A stretch of DNA of 64,000 nt from Raillietiella orientalis (Eukaryota): the NCBI GenBank assembly GCA_036172245.1, contig JAYWIR010000041.1:434001-498000 (forward strand), written 5' to 3'. Shown in pieces: positions 58,881 to 64,000 of the stretch (positions within the stretch are counted from its first letter, which is position 1; every line of letters starts with the position of its first letter). Under the pieces are notes generated by a model. It was not told where the DNA came from. It saw only the letters and a list, made by a program, of their open reading frames with translations, and ran no database searches. Position numbers and translations under genes: made by a program.

Positions 58881-59499
58881 CAAACGAATGCGTGCCGTTG
58901 CAACTGTGCCTGCAGTGCGGGGTCAGTCGTGAATCCTCACTCGATCCGGGGAGCGCTCCGGTCGGGAATGGTGGTCATCCACGGGAGAGGGTCCGGCTCT
59001 GCGCCTCAGCCGCGCGCGAGAGGCTTTCATCCCCCGCGCATCGGCAGCCGTCTTTCGAACCTCCGCTCGTTGCTGGAGGAAGTGGAAAGTCTGACCATGC
59101 CCCATCACTTCGGCGTGATGTTACGTCTCGCTGACCCTACGTAAGCGGAAACAGGGAAAGAACTTAATTGGAAGGAGGAGAGCAGCGGAGAGAGTCGGGA
59201 GAGCGGAATCGATTGCGAGCAATAAGTTTGGGGAAGCGGACTTTTCCGAAATGTCCTTCCAGCGCTGCTGCTGATGCATGCGTAATGCCCTCTGTACACG
59301 TCACGCTTCGATTGCGTCCTAAATTTTCCTGTAGTTGAGGTCACGCAACACAAACCGAGTTTTTTTTTCTTCTTCTCTTTTCTTTTCTTCTTTCCTTTTC
59401 GCTTTTTTCCCTCCATGTGCCTGGTCGTAAGGAGGCATTCTGTTTTGCTAATTACACACTGAGCATCTCTCTACAATTCTGGGAAGCTGCTGACGGTGA

Positions 59500-61590
59500 C
59501 GTCACCACCAAACGATAAGACGCGGCGGTGCGGATATTCCGTTCACCAAAATGGCGAACTGGACGGGAATCGGAAATCCCGCAAATCGCTGCCGTTGGCG
59601 TTGGTCACAGCCTCGGTTGCTCGGAAGCGAACAGGGACGGTCCTGAAATTCCGCTTATCCCCTTCCCCTCTCCCCTTTCCTTTTCGGGTAAGGCATTTTG
59701 GAAGTGTGGGGCGGGCGAGCGCGACTTCGTCGAATCCGCGTCGAGTGAGCGCTCTGTTTCACCACGACCTCCCCATCTCTCCCTCGCCGCCCGCGGCCTC
59801 GATGGTGAGCGCGCGCACCTTCTGCCAGACAGCAAGGAGTCGGAGCCTTCGTCCAGGTCCCGACTTCGAACCGGGACCTGGACGAAGCTGGAGGGAATTT
59901 CCGGGTGCTGCTGCTTCCGGACTTCCCGAGAGATTCCGGAAGGAAGCCAGGAAGCCCGGAAAGCGTCGCCGCCACCCTCATCTGAGACTTCTGGAAGGCG
60001 ACGGCCCCACCCTGCGGTCGCAGGGAAGGGCGCTTTCCTCTTCCTAGGAGGGCGCCTGACAGTCGGGCGGGCGCGCGGACGCGTCGCGCCCCCCTCTCCC
60101 TCTTTCCTCTCCCCTTCTTCCCCTGCTGACGGTCGAGCTAGGCGGCCCATCTGGGACCTACCGGTCACCTGATGCCTCGCCAACGGGCCTTCAGACCTCG
60201 AGCTGCCTCGGAAGAAGGGAGAGAGTCCCGTCCCTCGGACTGCAACTCCGGCGGATGGGACCGGGAGGCGAAAACTTGAGGGCACCGCCAAGGGGATGCA
60301 CCCAGTAAGGCGCGAGCGCGCGCTCGAGGAAAACGCACCCTAATGGTTGCCGGGAAACGTGCGGCGGTCCTCTTGGCGCGCGGCCGCGCGATTCTGCCTG
60401 GTCGGCTTCCTAGGTCGAGGTGGGCTCACGGTAGCCCTTAGGACATTGGGCGGCGAGCGGCGCATCCCTTGGGGCGAACAAGTGGGAGGGCCACCGAAGC
60501 CCCCCCAAAGGTCGCCTCTCGCGGTCAGGCGACTTCCCGAAGCGACCGCGAGCGTCGTGTAATTAGCGTTTCCGGGAATAGCATCGGGAATCCTCATTGC
60601 TCCTGGATTGCTCCTCAGGGCAGCGTCGCTGACCCCAACTGTGGAGCTCCTGGTCGCGGCGCGTTCAGTTCGCAAGTGCCGGACTTGAGAGCTCGAAGGC
60701 ATCGAGAGGAAATCGCCGGACAATGTCGTGGTCACCGGTTCATGTCAGACAGGATGGAGGAGTCAGCGATAGCATCCTTTCCTCCTTGTCCGAAGGACAA
60801 ACATCACGTGCGCTCGCTGCTAAACGAGCGTGACCTTCGGAACTATCTCGTTTGACCTCGGTTGGCACAAATGACAACCAAACGAGCCTCTTTCCCTCTC
60901 CGAAGGAGGACGTTTAGGGAGCGCAACGAACCCTATGAGCCCACCCTAATTGGATTTTCCAGCTGCCGGTGAGGGCAGCACATCCTTGACGAACGTTCAT
61001 CGCGATGCTTCTGAAACGGGCGCCAAGGCAGGTGGTGATGGTATCTCGAGCGTTCGTGCCTTTTTCGCATTTTCCTTGTTGCCCTGCTTCGAGGCAATAC
61101 AAGCCGCGGATGCTGGCGGTAGATCAGCAATCATATCGGGGCCAGATTTTCGGCGGGCCACCCCGGTGACTTCCCGAGCGGTGACTTTTGATCTGCCGTG
61201 TTCGCGAGGTCGTGGCAAGGTGTAATGCCAAAAAAAGAAGGCAAAACAGCAGGGATGCCATGCACTGGACAACGATCTTGCAGACCATGTCAAGATGGCC
61301 CCACCGGAACAATTTGAAAGCAGCACTTGTCAACATCCTGAACAGGATGCTGACAAGTGCCGTGATCTCTTCCCTTCCCTCCCTTCCCCTATAAATATTC
61401 CCCCCCATTTTCCAATTCTTTTTTTTTATTTTTGTTTCGTTTTTCCCTTCCCCCTCACCATCGGAGAGGACCTCACCGGTCTGTGCACCGGTTGATGGCA
61501 AGTCTCCCGATAGTGGTAACACCTAGTGTTCTACCACGAAAACATTACTGAGGACTTTGTTATGAAATTTTTGTGAACAAAAATTTTAAT
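59500..61590 (+). mobile_element. Internally deleted Tx1/L1-like element (ORF1 knuckle relics, ORF2 start, ORF2 C-terminus, 3' UTR)
   Basis: Three knuckle-like relics (RRCGYSVH, GVGHSLGC, WKCGAG; 59520-59720) and an APE-start-like TLMVA/GNVR (~60340). MSRWPHRNNLKAALVNILNRM (61288-61350) is homologous to APRWPHLDPSIQQELAGILQRM at 63292-63357, and is followed by a T-rich tract and hairpins. Confidence 0.6.
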
Positions 61591-61599
61591 AGTAAATGC

Positions 61600-63575
61600 C
61601 TTGGCATATCCGGGTGATAGATTTCCCGAACGGTCACTTCGGGAGCGCACCTTCCTCCCTCTTTCCCGGTGCCACTCCCTTCGACAAGAGTCGTTGGACG
61701 ATCCAACGCTCTATGGGACGTTTCGTAAAACTCGCACACCGAAGAATTCCCGTAAGCAAGGAGGGATGGGGCGAGGAAGAAAATCCCCCAAAAAAGGAGG
61801 GAGGGAAGGGGCATGGAAAAATGCACCTTCTTTTGGCCTTTTCTTTTCTTTTCTTTTCTTGTCTTCAACTTCCTGATTGGCCCATCCTTGATGCTGGCTG
61901 CTCTTTTGACACGCAGCAAGACGCCATCGGATGCTGCGGATTAGTCCTGAAGGCTACAGGCAAGCATCCACCGAAGACACCCGCCAACTAGAGATGGCGA
62001 CCAACAGAAAATTGGCACTTGGATGACAGGTTCGCATTTAGCATCTCCACGCGCTGATCCGCCAGCGGACACAAAAGGAACCGTCATCGAAATACGATTA
62101 GGGGTTTAGAAGGGGCTAACCATTGAGAGTGAGCCACGCTGCATCTGCCAATAACAGGGAACGAATTCTGGGAATATATAGGGATTGCTTACCAGGTCCC
62201 TTCCCTTAGAATGAGGAAGAGGAAACCGGGATGCGAGGAGTCACTTCGCCTCCCTTCAAGGGGTGCTCCATCTTGGGAAGATTTCACAGTCTCGTTTGGA
62301 GCCACCGGCCTTTCCGGAGCCAGGAATGTCGTGGAGACGTTTTCGAGAGCGCGGCATCCGAGCCTCTAGGGATGGGGAACTTCCAGCAGGTGGGTCAGCG
62401 GAGAAAACTTCCCGGGACGTTCCCTTTCAGCTCCTTTTGGGGTCCGCCATCTGGAGGCAGGTCGCTTCGAATCGCTCCGTCGCCGTCGTTGTCGAGGTTT
62501 CCCTAGAGCCCCGCGAACGGTAGTGCCTGGTTGCGGGAAACTGTTCGCACGTGGGGACAGATCGGCATGCAACGCGCCCAATAGGAACGACGGTTTCTGT
62601 TTGGGAGCTACAAAAGTTGCACGCTCCGAGAGATCCTGGAGGATCCGAGGAAGAGAGCGTGGGGAGGAAGAAACCCCTCGCTGCTGCGCTGGAATCCCTA
62701 ATGGAAGATCAGCACAGCGATGTTGCGGCGAAGTGAGAGGTTACAATAACAATCTCCGGGAAGGAGAAGAAGATAGGAGAGTGGAAGACGGGCCAGCTAA
62801 CAGATGCTGCGATCCCGAGTACGCTTCCCAATGGACTTCTGCTCTGGGGCGCGCTGCTCGATGTTTCCATTGAACGTCTGAAGTGGGCCCCGGTACTTAT
62901 GAACACCTCCACCCTCCCCTTAAAATGATAGGAGTCGGCTCTCCTGTTGCAGCACTGGGGACTCACCTGCAACGCCCGCCGACACCACTGGACCTGGGGA
63001 GCGGTGGACCCCAATTGTGTTAGGTGTGGGGAACGGGAGTCCCTCCCCTACCTCCTTGTGGATTGTGTTGCCCTTCGACCCCTTTGGTCACGCTTTGCCG
63101 CGGCCATTGGAATCCCCTGTGGCAACCCCAGGGACTCTCTGAAAGCCCTCTTCGTTGCCGACGCCCTTCGGCCAGCGGCCTCGATAGCAGCCTTGTGCTG
63201 CCTTCGCGGGATCGTCGCCGCATGGAGCACGGCTACGGGAGGACCACGCGACAAGGGTGCCATCCAGGGCGCCGCCCAATTCCTGAGGAGAGCGCCGCGA
63301 TGGCCCCATCTGGATCCAAGCATACAGCAAGAGCTTGCCGGCATCCTGCAAAGGATGTAACGGTCCCAGCAGCAACAGTGATCCCTTCCCGTACCATCCC
63401 ACTTTTTCTTTTCTTTTTGTTTAGTTTTTTATTTTTCCCCCCTTCCCCCTGCTGCCGTGGTGGACCGTACCGGTCTGCGAACCGGTGACCCGGCAGGCTC
63501 TGTGCTTCTTCGTGCGTGGCTGGAGCATTGGTCCAGCCACTGCACGTCTTTGTAAAAGTTTATTTTTCAATAAAC
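61600..63575 (+). mobile_element. 5'-truncated Tx1/L1-like non-LTR retrotransposon
   Basis: RT relics (PTLY ~61705, HLDD ~62016, ILGIY ~62165), a C-terminal zinc-finger region, a T-rich 3' UTR and terminal AATAAAC at 63569-63575. Confidence 0.75.
62947..63360 (+). pseudogene. ORF2 C-terminal zf-RVT-like region of the non-LTR element
   Basis: QHWGLTCNARRHHW...PNCVRCGERESLPYLLVDCVALRPLW matches the L1/Tx1 pattern H..L.T...CxxC..xExxxHLLxxC...W (H replaced by Y). In-frame stops lie upstream. Confidence 0.8.
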
Positions 63576-64000
63576 ACCCCGGCGAAATCCGAGTGAAAAT
63601 CAAGGTTTCCCTAGATCTGTGTCTTCCAGCCCACTCTTCCCTTGGAGCCGTTTCGGGAGCGCGCAGGGTGAACAGCGGTGACGCTGTCCTCAGCGGACCG
63701 CAGTACAGGAAGTCGACTGCACCGACGCTGGAACGACCATTTCAGAGCGGAAGCACCTCCCTGTAGCTTCAGAGCAGAGCTCCACGCTGGTTCTGGTCAG
63801 AAGGACATGGGAAAAGTAGCAGCAGCGTCCCCACCCCGAAAGGGGAACACCTTCGTCGCAAAGTCAAGGAAAAAGTGGATCAAAAAAAGCAAAAACCAAA
63901 ACAGAACCTCGTCTTCATACCCTGCTTTCTATTTCCATCCATTCTTTGCGCACTCGTGCTTGTGCTAGTGTCCACCTGTGGCCTTGTCTTCATCACGGTG

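Noticed and set aside
61188..61590. Initially read as the N-terminal part of an RT domain
   Set aside because: It aligns better to the ORF2 C-terminus and 3' UTR at 63200-63575 (RWPH...ILxRM plus hairpins).
1..64000. Hox-cluster microRNAs or homeobox exons that would explain the TAAT-rich islands
   Set aside because: I saw no miR-10 or iab-4 mature sequence by eye and no WFxNRR homeobox peptide in the ORF track.

Overview
Eukaryotic (probably invertebrate) GC-rich DNA with no intact long gene, no rRNA/tRNA and no CRISPR array. Most long ORFs in the track look like GC-content artefacts. The window reads as a nested graveyard of decayed transposons. About a dozen segments on both strands carry degenerate motifs of tyrosine-recombinase retrotransposons (DIRS/PAT/Ngaro: RT, RNase H, methyltransferase-like MT, YR). 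There is also a decayed EnSpm/CACTA-like DNA transposon at the left edge, three 3' ends of a Tx1/L1-like non-LTR family, and three locally repeated families. The best-supported unusual signal is that the three non-LTR 3' ends keep the same three-hairpin fold with compensatory changes; one of them holds a 76-bp insertion flanked by a 14-bp duplication. Possible host sequence is limited to a spliced F-box/LRR-like (pseudo)gene near 19.1-20.3 kb, an AT-rich exon-like island at 18.2-18.4 kb and several short TAAT-rich islands. All domain calls come from matching frameshifted motifs by eye, so element boundaries are approximate and need HMM confirmation.
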